Shown piece by piece: positions 19,648 to 29,010 of a DNA stretch of 64,000 bases. Under the pieces are notes generated by a model. It searched no databases and was not told the DNA's origin. It saw nothing but the letters and a program-made list of their open reading frames with translations. The stretch's first letter is position 1. Every line of letters begins with the position of its first letter. Origin of the DNA: Terriglobia bacterium (lineage in GTDB: Bacteria; Acidobacteriota; Terriglobia; Terriglobales; Acidobacteriaceae); the NCBI GenBank assembly GCA_963791575.1, contig CAWBSY010000008.1, forward strand, positions 75,972-139,971. Reading direction: 5' to 3'. The translations under genes and the position numbers were made by a program.

Positions 19648-19682
19648 AAAACATTGAAAGAGATTTTTCTAAGAAAGAAGAG

Positions 19683-20006
19683 CTAAATGCCGCTACTCAG
19701 TTGAGAGTGGCTTGCCGTAATTGGCGGTTTAGAAAGTTTTTCGACATAGGGCTCGCGAATGGTTTCGAAGTCCTTAAATTGCACGAGTCCTTCGGAAATT
19801 GCCTCAAGAGTGGCATTCGATTTTGCCAGAACCGTCAGAAGATATTTTCGAGCCACTGGCCGATCTGCCGGGTGAATAAGCTTCCACCAGCGCTTCATGG
19901 ACTCTTGAATGTCGCCTTCAGTCTTGGCATCCTCTACCAAAGCGTCAATCAGCTTGTACACTTTGCTCTTGACGGCCTGATACGAGACGGAAACCTCTTG
20001 TCCCAT
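19683..20006 (-). CDS. hypothetical protein
   Basis: The ORF runs 19683-20042. ATG at 20006 (MGQEVSVSYQAVKSKVYKLIDALVEDAK...) is the more plausible start. The composition is helical and soluble-looking, and no motif was recognised. Confidence 0.45.
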   Translation of the reverse strand: MGQEVSVSYQAVKSKVYKLIDALVEDAKTEGDIQESMKRWWKLIHPADRPVARKYLLTVLAKSNATLEAISEGLVQFKDFETIREPYVEKLSKPPITASHSQLSSGI

Positions 20007-20201
20007 TCCCCACGCTCCTGTATCCGTACAAGAGCAATACACTCGCCAAACCGATTTTCCGTATTTGGCTGGACTTAGCAGCCAATCAATTCAACTTATG
20101 GGAGGAATAAAAGTCTTGCATATGGATTTTCGTAGAGTGAAAAAAGTAGCGGATTGCAAATTCAGCACTGAAATCCAAAAAACCGATATGGGTCATCAAA
20201 C

Positions 20202-20771
20202 TCATTGCTTCAGAAGCTTTTCCACCGCGTCTACGATATCTTTGGAGTCTGGAGTAACAGCGGGTTCAAATCGCTGGACGACATGACCGTCGCGATCCAC
20301 TAGAAATTTAGTGAAGTTCCATTTAATCTCGCCGCCGAGGGATGGATCTTTCTGTTGTGTGAGGTACTGGTAAAGTGGGGCTTGATCGGCTCCCTTGACC
20401 GAAATTTTTGAGTAGAGCGGGAACTTCACACTGTATTTTCGCGAACAGAATGTCTTGATTTCCTCGTTTGTTCCCGGTTCCTGCGCGCCAAAATTATTCG
20501 CCGGGAATCCGACGATCACAAATCCCTGGTCTTTATATTTCTCATACAACGACTCTAAGGCGGTGTACTGTGGCGTGTAGCCGCATTGGCTGGCCACATT
20601 CACCATCAAAATTACTTTCCCTTTGAAATCGGAAAGGGGCATCGGCTTGCCTTCAATGGAGGGCAGACTGAAGTTGTAAACCGTAGAAGCAGCAAATGCG
20701 GCATTAGCCATAAGAATCACCACCGTCAGAACGAAATAGACCCGAATAACAGATGTGTGCACAACTTTCAT
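20202..20771 (-). CDS. glutathione peroxidase-family peroxidase (Cys type) with N-terminal signal/anchor
   Basis: VNVASQCGYTPQY...LYEKYKDQGFVIVGFPANNFGAQEPG...WNFTKFLVDRDG are the canonical GPx motifs. The active-site residue is encoded by a Cys codon, not TGA. Confidence 0.9.
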   Translation of the reverse strand: MKVVHTSVIRVYFVLTVVILMANAAFAASTVYNFSLPSIEGKPMPLSDFKGKVILMVNVASQCGYTPQYTALESLYEKYKDQGFVIVGFPANNFGAQEPGTNEEIKTFCSRKYSVKFPLYSKISVKGADQAPLYQYLTQQKDPSLGGEIKWNFTKFLVDRDGHVVQRFEPAVTPDSKDIVDAVEKLLKQ

Positions 20772-20847
20772 TATGTACCTCGCCCTTTACTTTCGAGCTT
20801 CGTGAGCATACCCCAGGCAAAATTATCGGACAACGTTAACATTTCTA

Positions 20848-22258
20848 CTACGGCCTAGTCATCTTTTCGGGCTTCATCAGTTCATCGAATTCTTCTGCCG
20901 TTAGATGCCCCAGCTTTACCGCTGCTTCGCGCAAGCTGGTGTGCTCGACGTGGGCAGTGTGAGCAATTTTGGCTGCATTATCGTATCCAACTTTCGGCGC
21001 CAACGCTGTTACAAGCATCAGCGAATTCTTTACATACCAGTCCACCTTCGCACGATCCACTTCAATGCCGTTAATCATGTATTCGACATATCCATGGCAG
21101 GCGTCGGCGATCAAGGTCACCGAGTGCAGGAAGTTGTAAATGATCACCGGCTTAAAAACGTTAAGTTCGAAGTTGCCTTGTGAACCCGCGAATCCCACGG
21201 CAGCAGTTGCACCGTGGACCTGGACGCAGACCATGGTCATGGCTTCACATTGCGTCGGATTCACCTTGCCCGGCATAATTGAAGACCCAGGTTCGTTCTC
21301 TGGAATCGACAGTTCCCCCAGTCCGCACCGGGGACCGGAAGCCAGCCATCGAATGTCATTGGAAATCTTCATGAGCGAGGCGGCCAAAGTTTCCAGCGCG
21401 CCCTGCGCAAACACGATCTCATCATGCGCCGAGAGCGCGGCAAATTTGTTGCCATGCGATCGGAAGGGAAGTCCAGTGAGTTCGGCAATCTTCTTGGCGG
21501 CACGCTCGGCAAATTCAGGATGCGCATTTAGGCCGGTGCCGACAGCAGTCCCGCCAATGGCGAGATCGTAGAGGCCATCAAGCACCTGCTCCAGCCGCTT
21601 GATGTCACGCTCCAGCAAACTCGCCCAGCCTCCGAACTCCTGGCCGAAGGTTAGAGGAACGGCGTCTTGTAAATGGGTACGGCCGATCTTTACCACGTCA
21701 TTAAATTCTTTAGCTTTGGCGGCGATTGCATCGTGAACACTTTTGATAGCCGGAATCAACGCGTTCTTCACTCGTTCAGCTGCCGCGATATGCATTGCTG
21801 CTGGGAAAGGTGTCATTCGATGACTGCGACATGTTGACGTCATCATTGGGATGAATTGGCTTCTTCGATCCCATCTCTCCGCCCGCAAGCTCGATTGCGC
21901 GGTTGGAGATGACTTCGTTGACATTCATATTGGTCTGCGTGCCGCTGCCGGTTTGCCAAATACGAAGAGGAAATTGATCGTCGAGCTTGCCAGCGATAAC
22001 TTCGTCGGCAGCTTGCGCGATGAGCTTCGCCTTGTCAGCTGGCAGCTTGCCAAGGTCCTGATTCACCAGCGCGCAGGCTTTCTTGAGGATTCCGAAGGCG
22101 CGAATCAGCTCGGGTGGCATAGTGTCGCGGCCAATGTTGAAGTGGAGAAGCGAGCGCTGCGTCTGCGCGCCCCAATATACATTGGCGGGGACTGCAATTT
22201 GCCCCATGCTGTCGGATTCAATGCGCGTGCGAGCAGCGGGTTCGCTGGACATTGCCAT
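20848..22258 (-). pseudogene. fumC: class II fumarate hydratase, one frame break
   Basis: ORF 21776-22258 ends ...SQSSNDTFP and ORF 20848-21924 continues AAMHIAAAE...[17 protein letters not shown] (the fumarate lyase signature). Removing one base in the G3A3 run 21803-21808 restores SSNDTFPAAMHI. Confidence 0.9.
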
Positions 22259-22437
22259 GCTATTCCTGTGAGCGGCTTAGTGAATGAGAACCTTGAATTA
22301 TAGCAACCGCAATGCCTGCGAGTGGGCTTAGCTTTCCATGTTAAGCGACGAACGGTTCGATTCTCACATGCTAAAATCATATTCTTCGAAGGAGTTGCGG
22401 ATGCCCGTGCGGGCAAATCTCTTACTCAGGAAAATTA

Positions 22438-23508
22438 TTGGCAACCAAACTACTCTTCGATGCCGCCAAGCAAATTCCCGACACTCTTCCGCGCGCGCAA
22501 CTCCAGCTACCTCCTGAGACTCGCTATGATGTGCTTATCATCGGAGCAGGCCCTACCGGTCTTGCTTGCGGCATTGAAGCGCAGCGGGCGGGATTCAAAG
22601 CCTTAGTTGTGGACAAAGGATGCGTCGTTAATTCCATCTACAACTATCCGTCTAACATGATTTTTTTCACCACGCCGGAGTTGCTGGAGATTGGCGATAT
22701 TCCTTTTACCAGTCCGAACCAAAAACCAAATCGTAATGAAGCGCTCGAATACTATCGCAAGGTTGTCGAACATTATCATCTGCCAGTTGCGCAGTATCAG
22801 AAGGTTGAGGCAGTGAGCGGGTCGGATGGCGATTTCCATGTTGCCACCACCGATCGACTCGGCAGAATTTTTGATTATCAAGCACGTAAGCTGATCGTCG
22901 CGACCGGCTATTACGATTTGGCGAACATGCTGAATATTCCCGGAGAAGACCTACCGAAAGTCTTTCATTACTATCGCGAGCCACATCCATTTTTCGACAT
23001 GGATGTTTTAATTATCGGAGGAAAAAACTCGGCGGCCATTGCTGCACTTGATCTGTGGCGGCATGGAGCGCGCGTGACCTTGGTACATCGCGGAGAAAAG
23101 ATGAGCTCTCGTTCCATCAAATACTGGATTCTCCCCGATATCGAAAACCGCATTAAGGCTAAGGAAGTTGCAGCATATTTCAAAACTACGGTGGAAGAAA
23201 TCGCCGCTGATCATGTTCTCTTAAACACGCCAGAGGGCGAAGTTGAGATCAAGAATGATTTTGTATTTGCCCTGACTGGATACCATCCTGACTACGATTT
23301 TCTTCGAGCCATGGGCATCGAGCTTTCTTCCGACCAATGCAGGCCGGTGTGCGATCCCGTGACGCTTGAAAGCAATGTGCCGGGAATTTATGTGGCGGGC
23401 GTGATCGTGGCTGGATCGAGAACCAACGAAATCTTTATTGAGAACGGGCGCTTTCACGGCCAGCAGATTGCTGCTCATCTGAGAAAAAAGCTAGCAGCAA
23501 GCGCTTAA
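22438..23508 (+). CDS. YpdA-family FAD-dependent pyridine nucleotide-disulfide oxidoreductase (putative bacillithiol-disulfide reductase type)
   Basis: 356 aa with a TTG start. YDVLIIGAGPTGLACGIEAQRAGFKALVVDKGCVVNSIYNYPSNMIFFTTPELLEIG matches the YpdA family N-terminus. A second dinucleotide fold is VLIIGGKNSAA. Confidence 0.75.
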   Translation: MATKLLFDAAKQIPDTLPRAQLQLPPETRYDVLIIGAGPTGLACGIEAQRAGFKALVVDKGCVVNSIYNYPSNMIFFTTPELLEIGDIPFTSPNQKPNRNEALEYYRKVVEHYHLPVAQYQKVEAVSGSDGDFHVATTDRLGRIFDYQARKLIVATGYYDLANMLNIPGEDLPKVFHYYREPHPFFDMDVLIIGGKNSAAIAALDLWRHGARVTLVHRGEKMSSRSIKYWILPDIENRIKAKEVAAYFKTTVEEIAADHVLLNTPEGEVEIKNDFVFALTGYHPDYDFLRAMGIELSSDQCRPVCDPVTLESNVPGIYVAGVIVAGSRTNEIFIENGRFHGQQIAAHLRKKLAASA

Positions 23509-23512
23509 GGTG

Positions 23513-23845
23513 TCAGTCCAGCATTACAGCTTCTTCTCCTAATTGCTGGTTAATCAACCTTGCAACCAGGGGTTTTAATTTTTCTTCGGTCTTCTGTAGC
23601 ACAAAATCCTGGTTCGCCTCCGACCAATCCAACTTGAAGCTTGTTGAGAGAGCTGAAATCCATATCTGCCGAACCGGTGCATTAGGGGAAATAATGAATT
23701 TGCTGCCATCGTCGAAAGATATGTGCAGCGCTCCTGCTTGATCTTCTACTTCGAAGTCAGCCGACTCTTCAGCCGTGATCAGAGCTTGCTTCAAGGAATT
23801 CAGAACTGTGTCGGAATGTTTACGAAATGCGTTCTCATCTAGCAT
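23513..23845 (-). CDS. cyaY: frataxin-like iron donor CyaY
   Basis: 110 aa. DFEVEDQAGALHISFDDGSKFIISPNAPVRQIWISALSTSFKLDW fits the CyaY/frataxin pattern. Confidence 0.8.
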   Translation of the reverse strand: MLDENAFRKHSDTVLNSLKQALITAEESADFEVEDQAGALHISFDDGSKFIISPNAPVRQIWISALSTSFKLDWSEANQDFVLQKTEEKLKPLVARLINQQLGEEAVMLD

Positions 23846-23857
23846 GGGGAAATTATA

Positions 23858-23955
23858 GTCGTTAGCCGTTGGTCAAAGGTCGTTAGCCGTTAGTCACCGA
23901 ATCTTAAATTTGTACTGCGTACAGTCCAACGACGAACGACCAACAGCCCAACGAC
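23858..23955. repeat. about 100-nt imperfect palindromic element built from GTCGTT/AACGAC units
   Basis: GTCGTTAGCCGTT occurs twice in direct orientation (23858-23870 and 23879-23891). Inverted relatives are AACGACGAACGAC (23928-23940) and AACAGCCCAACGAC (23942-23955). A small palindrome TGTAC-TGC-GTACA lies at 23911-23923. The element sits in the divergent cyaY/MFS intergenic region. Confidence 0.5.
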
Positions 23956-23989
23956 TAGCGTCCGCTTCATTTAGCATGGATGATCCACC

Positions 23990-25310
23990 ATGGAACCGCA
24001 GCCCGAACGCACATCCACGTTGATTTCGATTCCTGCTTATTGGCAACTTGTACGCCGAAATCGAAACTTCCGCCATTTGTGGATGGCGCAGATCGTCAGT
24101 GAAATTGGGGACTGGTTTTACACCCTCGCGATCTATAGCCTACTGCTGCAATTGACAGGCCGGGCTAGTTCAGTCGCACTGGCATTAGTGCTGCAAGTTC
24201 TACCCCAAACATTTATTAGTCCCACCGCCGGAGTGGTTAACGACCGCCTCCGTCGTAAGCGAGTCATGATAGCGTCCGATCTCGCGCGAGTCGTCATCGT
24301 TCTTGCGATGCTGCTTGTGCGCTCCCGTTCGGTGGTCTGGATGGTCTATCCACTTCTATTTCTTGAAACCTGCATGGCGACATTTTTCGAGCCTGCCCGC
24401 AACGCCGTGCTTCCCAATATCACCAGCAGGGAAGACGTGATTCTGGCCAATACTCTCTCTTCGACAACATGGTCGTTGAATCTAATGATCGGCGCGACCC
24501 TCGGCGGCATTGTCGCGGCACTACTTGGAAGAGATGCAGTGTTCGTTCTGAATGCCTTGTCATTTTTGGCCTCCGCATTTCTTATTCGAGGTATGCGGTT
24601 CGAAGAACCGCACGCTCAATCTGTCCGCGCCGCTGCGACCTCGTGATCTGCTGGATTTCTCGCCTGTGATTGAAGGCATCCGCTACGTGCGTGGCAATTC
24701 GCGTCTTCTTGCCACAGTCTTCGCTAAAGCGGGCGAACTCATGATCGGACCTAGCTGGGTGCTATTCACCGTCATGGGACAACGAGTTTTTCCGGTGCAA
24801 TTGCACGGTGCCGATCCGCAACGCGGGATGATGTTGGGAATGAGCTTATTGCTCGGCGCGCGAGGCATTGGCGCATTGGTGGGTCCGCTCGTATCGGCCA
24901 GGTTAGCCGGAAACTCAGACGCGCGATTGCGACTTGGAATTCTATTCGGCTACTTGCTTGTCGCTGCCGGTTACGCTGCCATTGGCGGCGCTCCGAATGC
25001 GTGGCTCGCATGTGTGTGCGTTATCGTCGCGCATAGCGGAGGATCTACGGTTTGGGTTTTCTCTACAACGCTGTTGCAACTCCACACGGAAGACCGTTTT
25101 CGTGGACGCGTCTTCGCCGCTGATCTAGCTCTCTCGATGTTGACAATCGCTGTTGGAGCGTATCTTTGCGGGCGTTTTCTCGATTGGGGATTCTCGCCGC
25201 GAACTGTCGCCACGGCTACCGGGGTGATAATGCTTGTTCCGGCAGCGCTATGGGCATGGTCGATGCGAAAATGGCAAAATCAGCCGGTGGAAGTGAAGAA
25301 TTTTACCTGA
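23990..25310 (+). pseudogene. MFS transporter (EntS/MFS_3-like), one frame break
   Basis: ORF 23990-24646 (NFRHLWMAQIVSEIGDWFYTLAIYSLLL...) and ORF 24552-25310 (...DFSPVIEGIRYVRGNSRLLATVF...) together give a 12-TM-size MFS protein. The switch is somewhere in 24610-24645. Confidence 0.8.
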
Positions 25311-25674
25311 AGAGCGCCTTGAGCTTTGTGTTTCCGGAATTAGTAAGTTTGTCGATTTTAGCCGCCATTATGAAATCACTCTCGGTTAGACCGTCGACTT
25401 TATGCGTCCAGAGAGTGACCTCTACTTTTCCCCAAGTCAGCAGAATGTCTGGATGATGTCCTTGTTCCTCCGCGACAGCTCCTATCCGATTCACGAAATC
25501 TAATGCCTCTTTGAAATCAGGGAAGGTAAACGTGCGCATGACGTGATGCTCGTTGATCACCTTCCAATGTGCAAATTGCGGCAATTGTTTGTGAATCTCC
25601 GCAAGTTCTTTTCCCTTTAGTGGAGGCACTCCACCGCGGCATGGCACACAGGTTTTACTGGCTAGCTCGGACAT
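25303..25674 (-). CDS. pterin-4-alpha-carbinolamine dehydratase (PCD/DCoH)
   Basis: FVNRIGAVAEEQGHHPDILLTWGKVEVTLWTHKVDGLTESDFIMAAKID is the PCD signature. Confidence 0.85.
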   Translation of the reverse strand: MSELASKTCVPCRGGVPPLKGKELAEIHKQLPQFAHWKVINEHHVMRTFTFPDFKEALDFVNRIGAVAEEQGHHPDILLTWGKVEVTLWTHKVDGLTESDFIMAAKIDKLTNSGNTKLKALFR

Positions 25675-25928
25675 TTCCCAACCCTCGTAACAGGATTCTC
25701 TAACGAAAAGTATACGGCAGTTGGTCGGACGTCAACGCTCAGTGTTCAGCACGAATCATTGCACTGTGCAAAAGCCAGAGCAGTTGTCCGGAGTACGCTT
25801 GACGAAGAAGCGTCCGCACATTTGCTGCTTCTGATTGATTTGCGATTAAAGAAACCTCGAGTACCTGCGGAGCATCTGTACCGTGTCGTATATATTTCCC
25901 ATCGCAATCGTGAAACGTAAGGACACGC

Positions 25929-27554
25929 ATGGCTGAACCCGAGGTCAACCACGCCAGGCAAATTACGAACCCGTGGCTCATTGCCATTTCAGTCATGCTG
26001 GCGACCTTCATGGAGGTGCTCGACACCTCCATCGCTGCGGTGGCGTTGCCCTATATCGCGGGCAGCCTTTCAGCGTCCAACGACGAAGCAACATGGGTGC
26101 TCACGAGTTATTTGGTCGCGAACGCGATTGTTCTTCCAGCCAGCAGTTGGTTTTCGCTGAAGTTTGGACGCAAGCGGTTCCTGATTACCTGCATTGTTAT
26201 TTTCACTGTCTCGTCCTTCTTATGCGGAGCGGCAACCAGCCTTGCGATTATCCTGATTGCGCGGGCTGTTCAAGGGGCTGGCGGTGGAGCCTTGCAACCA
26301 CTTTCGCAAGCGATTCTTCTCGAAAGCTTTCCACCCGAAAAGCGTGGATTGGCAATGGCAGTTTTCGCGCTGGGAGTAGTCGTTGCTCCGGTACTGGGGC
26401 CGACGTTAGGCGGATGGCTTACCGATACATACACGTGGCGCTGGGCTTTTTATATCAATATTCCCATCGGAATCTTTGCCATCTTTATGATCATGCGCTA
26501 TGTCGAAGATCCTCCCTACATCAAGAATGCCAAGCCGGGAAAAATCGACGGCATCGGATTGGGATTACTCGCAATTTGGCTGGGCTGCCTGCAAATTATC
26601 CTCGACAAGGGACAGGAAGACGATTGGTTCGGAGCCACATGGATTCGCTGGGCGACAGCTATACTGCTTACTTCTTTTGTGAGCTTTCTGATTCGCGAGT
26701 TCCGCCACAAGCAACCGCTGGTGAATTTGCGAGTCTTCCGCCATCGCAACTTTGCTTTCGGATGCGCGCTGATTGGAATCTTTGGCGCCGTGTTATATGG
26801 ACTGGTCACGCTACTGCCACTTTTCTATCAGGAATTAATGGGATACACGGCTCTCGCAGCTGGCTGGGCAGTAAGTCCGCGAGGAATTGGAGCGATTCTT
26901 GCGATGCCTGTTATTGGTATTCTCACCGCGAAAATCGATAATCGCTGGCTACTCGCGTTCGGATTTACGCTATTCGGCATCGCCAGTTTGTGGTTTGGAG
27001 AGGTCAATCTCTCCATTGGCCAATGGACACTTCTCTGGGCCATTATCATTAGCGGGTTTGGTTCAGGATGTGTCTTCGTTCCATTGTCGACAACCGCTAT
27101 GGCAGGTCTTCCCAACGAGGAGATAGGCAACGCGAGCGGTCTTTATAACCTGCTCCGCAATATCGGAGGAAGCATTGGTATCTCGATCGTGAATACAATC
27201 GTCTACCGGCATTCGCAAACTCATCGCAACGAAATGGGCCACTCGATTACTGCTACCAATGTTAGTGTGCAAAGCCAGTTACATGGATTGCAGCAGTTTC
27301 TGACGTCCCAGGGTTCATCGCCATCAACCGCCCTGCATCGTGCTTACGGAGTGCTGAGTGGAACCCTGACTCAGCAGGCAAGGCTGTGGGCGTATGTGGA
27401 CGATTTTCGCTACATGGCACTGGTCTGCTTCGGATGTATCCCGATAGTGTTCATGCTGAAGAAGGCAAAAGGGAGAGGGCGGCGTAAGTGCGGGACACTG
27501 AGGGCTCCGTTCGCGATCTGTTCAAACTTCCGTTGTTGTCGTATGTGGGACTAA
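25929..27554 (+). CDS. DHA2-family (EmrB/QacA-type) MFS efflux permease
   Basis: 541 aa, 14-TM-type. MLATFMEVLDTSIAAVALPYIAGSL and RAVQGAGGGAL motifs. The C-terminal 25 aa look non-native (see finding). Confidence 0.85.
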   Translation: MAEPEVNHARQITNPWLIAISVMLATFMEVLDTSIAAVALPYIAGSLSASNDEATWVLTSYLVANAIVLPASSWFSLKFGRKRFLITCIVIFTVSSFLCGAATSLAIILIARAVQGAGGGALQPLSQAILLESFPPEKRGLAMAVFALGVVVAPVLGPTLGGWLTDTYTWRWAFYINIPIGIFAIFMIMRYVEDPPYIKNAKPGKIDGIGLGLLAIWLGCLQIILDKGQEDDWFGATWIRWATAILLTSFVSFLIREFRHKQPLVNLRVFRHRNFAFGCALIGIFGAVLYGLVTLLPLFYQELMGYTALAAGWAVSPRGIGAILAMPVIGILTAKIDNRWLLAFGFTLFGIASLWFGEVNLSIGQWTLLWAIIISGFGSGCVFVPLSTTAMAGLPNEEIGNASGLYNLLRNIGGSIGISIVNTIVYRHSQTHRNEMGHSITATNVSVQSQLHGLQQFLTSQGSSPSTALHRAYGVLSGTLTQQARLWAYVDDFRYMALVCFGCIPIVFMLKKAKGRGRRKCGTLRAPFAICSNFRCCRMWD

Positions 27555-27721
27555 AGACTGCTACGACTTTGTTTCTTACGTATTTCAAGTGTCAGTTGCG
27601 CGGCAGCCAAAATTACAGTTCTGCTTGTCCTGTCCGCATTCCGGCTTGCCCGTAAATCAGCGCAAATCCTTGTGACAACCATCACAGCGACGTAGGCGCG
27701 AGTGCCAGCACAATCGAGATC

Positions 27722-27768
27722 AGCCGCGAAGCGGCGTCAGAATACAGCCCACGGCGCAAGCCGTGGGT
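27722..27768. repeat. REP-like module, left copy
   Basis: Contains hairpin GCCGC-GAA-GCGGC and an 8-bp stem CCCACGGC/GCCGTGGG with a GCAA loop. Confidence 0.7.
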
Positions 27769-27806
27769 AGGGAAGTCGTGCAAGCAAGCCCGGACGGGCG
27801 AAAGAA

Positions 27807-28253
27807 TTGGCGCACACACTTGGAAATATCGTCATCCACCTGATCTTCAGCACAAAAGATCGGCAACCGCTCATTACTCTGAGTCTCAAACCTGACCTCT
27901 TTGCCTATCTAGGTGGAATCGTTCGAGAAATGCAGGGTACCGCACTCATCGTGAATGGCACTACAGATCACGTTCATATGCTGGTGCGGATTCGTCCTGC
28001 GCATTCGGTCGCCGAGGTTGCGAGAATCGTAAAAACGAATTCATCTCGATGGGTCCATGAAAAATGGAGCCCTGCGTTTGCATGGCAGACAGGATATGGA
28101 GCGTTTAGTGTGAGCGAATCCAAAATTGTCGGGGTGACGAGATACATCGCCGCACAAGAAGAACATCACAGAAAACGTTCATTTCAGGATGAATTTCTGT
28201 CATTCCTCAGAAAAAACAATGTTTCCTATAGTGAGGCGCATTTGTGGGATTAG
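27807..28253 (+). CDS. REP-associated tyrosine transposase (IS200-like Y1/HUH TnpA family)
   Basis: 148 aa with a TTG start. MAHTLGNIVIHLIFSTKDR, a HUH-type DHVHMLV and a Tyr-region QTGYGAFSVS. No tnpB partner. Confidence 0.85.
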   Translation: MAHTLGNIVIHLIFSTKDRQPLITLSLKPDLFAYLGGIVREMQGTALIVNGTTDHVHMLVRIRPAHSVAEVARIVKTNSSRWVHEKWSPAFAWQTGYGAFSVSESKIVGVTRYIAAQEEHHRKRSFQDEFLSFLRKNNVSYSEAHLWD

Positions 28254-28292
28254 TTCTTTCGCCCGCTCTGGGGCTTTGTCTTTAGACGACGC

Positions 28293-28339
28293 ACCCACGG
28301 CTTGCGCCGTGGGCTGCATTCTTACGCCGCTTCGCGGCT
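28293..28339. repeat. REP-like module, right copy (inverted)
   Basis: Reverse complement of the left copy with 2 mismatches and the same two hairpins. It lies between the RAYT stop and the ssb stop. Confidence 0.7.
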
Positions 28340-28401
28340 CAACCCGCGCGGGCCGAGCGGCACCAATGAATAATAGTCAAGACTAGGGCCCATCCAGGTG
28401 C

Positions 28402-28866
28402 CTAGAACGGAATGTCTTCGTCGCTGATCGGGCTTGCTCCGACGTGCTCCGGCTCTGGTGCGCGCTGATCGAAGTTGTTTCCGGATGTTCCGCGCGAGCT
28501 TCCGCCGGAATCCCCGCCGCCTTCTCCTCGTCCACTTAACAGGACCAGATCGTTAGCGATAATCTCCGTTTTATATTTCTTCTGACCCGTTTCCTTGTCG
28601 TCCCAGGAGCTAGTACGCAAGCTGCCTTCGATATACAACTTGCCGCCCTTCTTCACGTACTCGCCGACAATCTCGGCAAGCCGCTGGAAGGCAACAATGT
28701 TGTGCCATTCGGTGCGATCCTGCCATTGTCCCTCTTTATCTTTGAACCGCTCATTCGTTGCGAGAGAAAACTTGGCAATGGGCATGCCGCCGGGAGTGTA
28801 TTTCACCTCGGGATCTTTGCCGAGATTGCCTATAAGAATAACTTTATTAACGCTTTTTCCTGCCAT
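28402..28866 (-). CDS. ssb: single-stranded DNA-binding protein
   Basis: 154 aa. OB-fold N-terminus [22 protein letters not shown]...TEWHNIVAF, a Gly-rich linker and the acidic tail DEDIPF. Confidence 0.95.
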   Translation of the reverse strand: MAGKSVNKVILIGNLGKDPEVKYTPGGMPIAKFSLATNERFKDKEGQWQDRTEWHNIVAFQRLAEIVGEYVKKGGKLYIEGSLRTSSWDDKETGQKKYKTEIIANDLVLLSGRGEGGGDSGGSSRGTSGNNFDQRAPEPEHVGASPISDEDIPF

Positions 28867-29010
28867 GAGTGGTACTCCTTCTGCCTTCGCAAAAATAATG
28901 GAGGGCCGAAAACATAATTATGTACAAACTAGAAAATGACTGGACGGCACTATATCAGAAACACGCACCGGAGTCTGTGAGTATGAAGCTCCCTATTCCT
29001 GCGACTCAGA

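Larger units (their letters stand above)
27722..28339 (+). mobile_element. REP-RAYT unit: Y1 transposase-like gene bracketed by inverted 47-nt hairpin modules
   Basis: The left arm 27722-27768 matches the reverse complement of the right arm 28293-28339 at 45/47 positions. An extra 12-nt inverted match, CGGGCGAAAGAA (27795-27806 versus 28254-28265), abuts the start and stop codons. Confidence 0.7.

Noticed and set aside
22345-22375. GGTTCGATTC, resembling a tRNA T-loop, in the fumC/ypdA intergenic region
   Set aside because: The flanking bases do not form a T-stem (AACGG versus CTCAC), and no acceptor or anticodon arms could be drawn. I found no tRNA elsewhere in the window by eye.
23858-23891. 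Possible CRISPR-like repeat
   Set aside because: There are only two 13-nt copies separated by 8 nt, with no array and no cas genes. It is treated as part of a palindromic intergenic element instead.
25973-26941. 322-aa plus-strand ORF
   Set aside because: It is an out-of-frame overlap inside the DHA2 MFS gene. The translation is Arg/Cys/Trp-rich and lacks TM segments, whereas the other frame gives a canonical EmrB-type protein.
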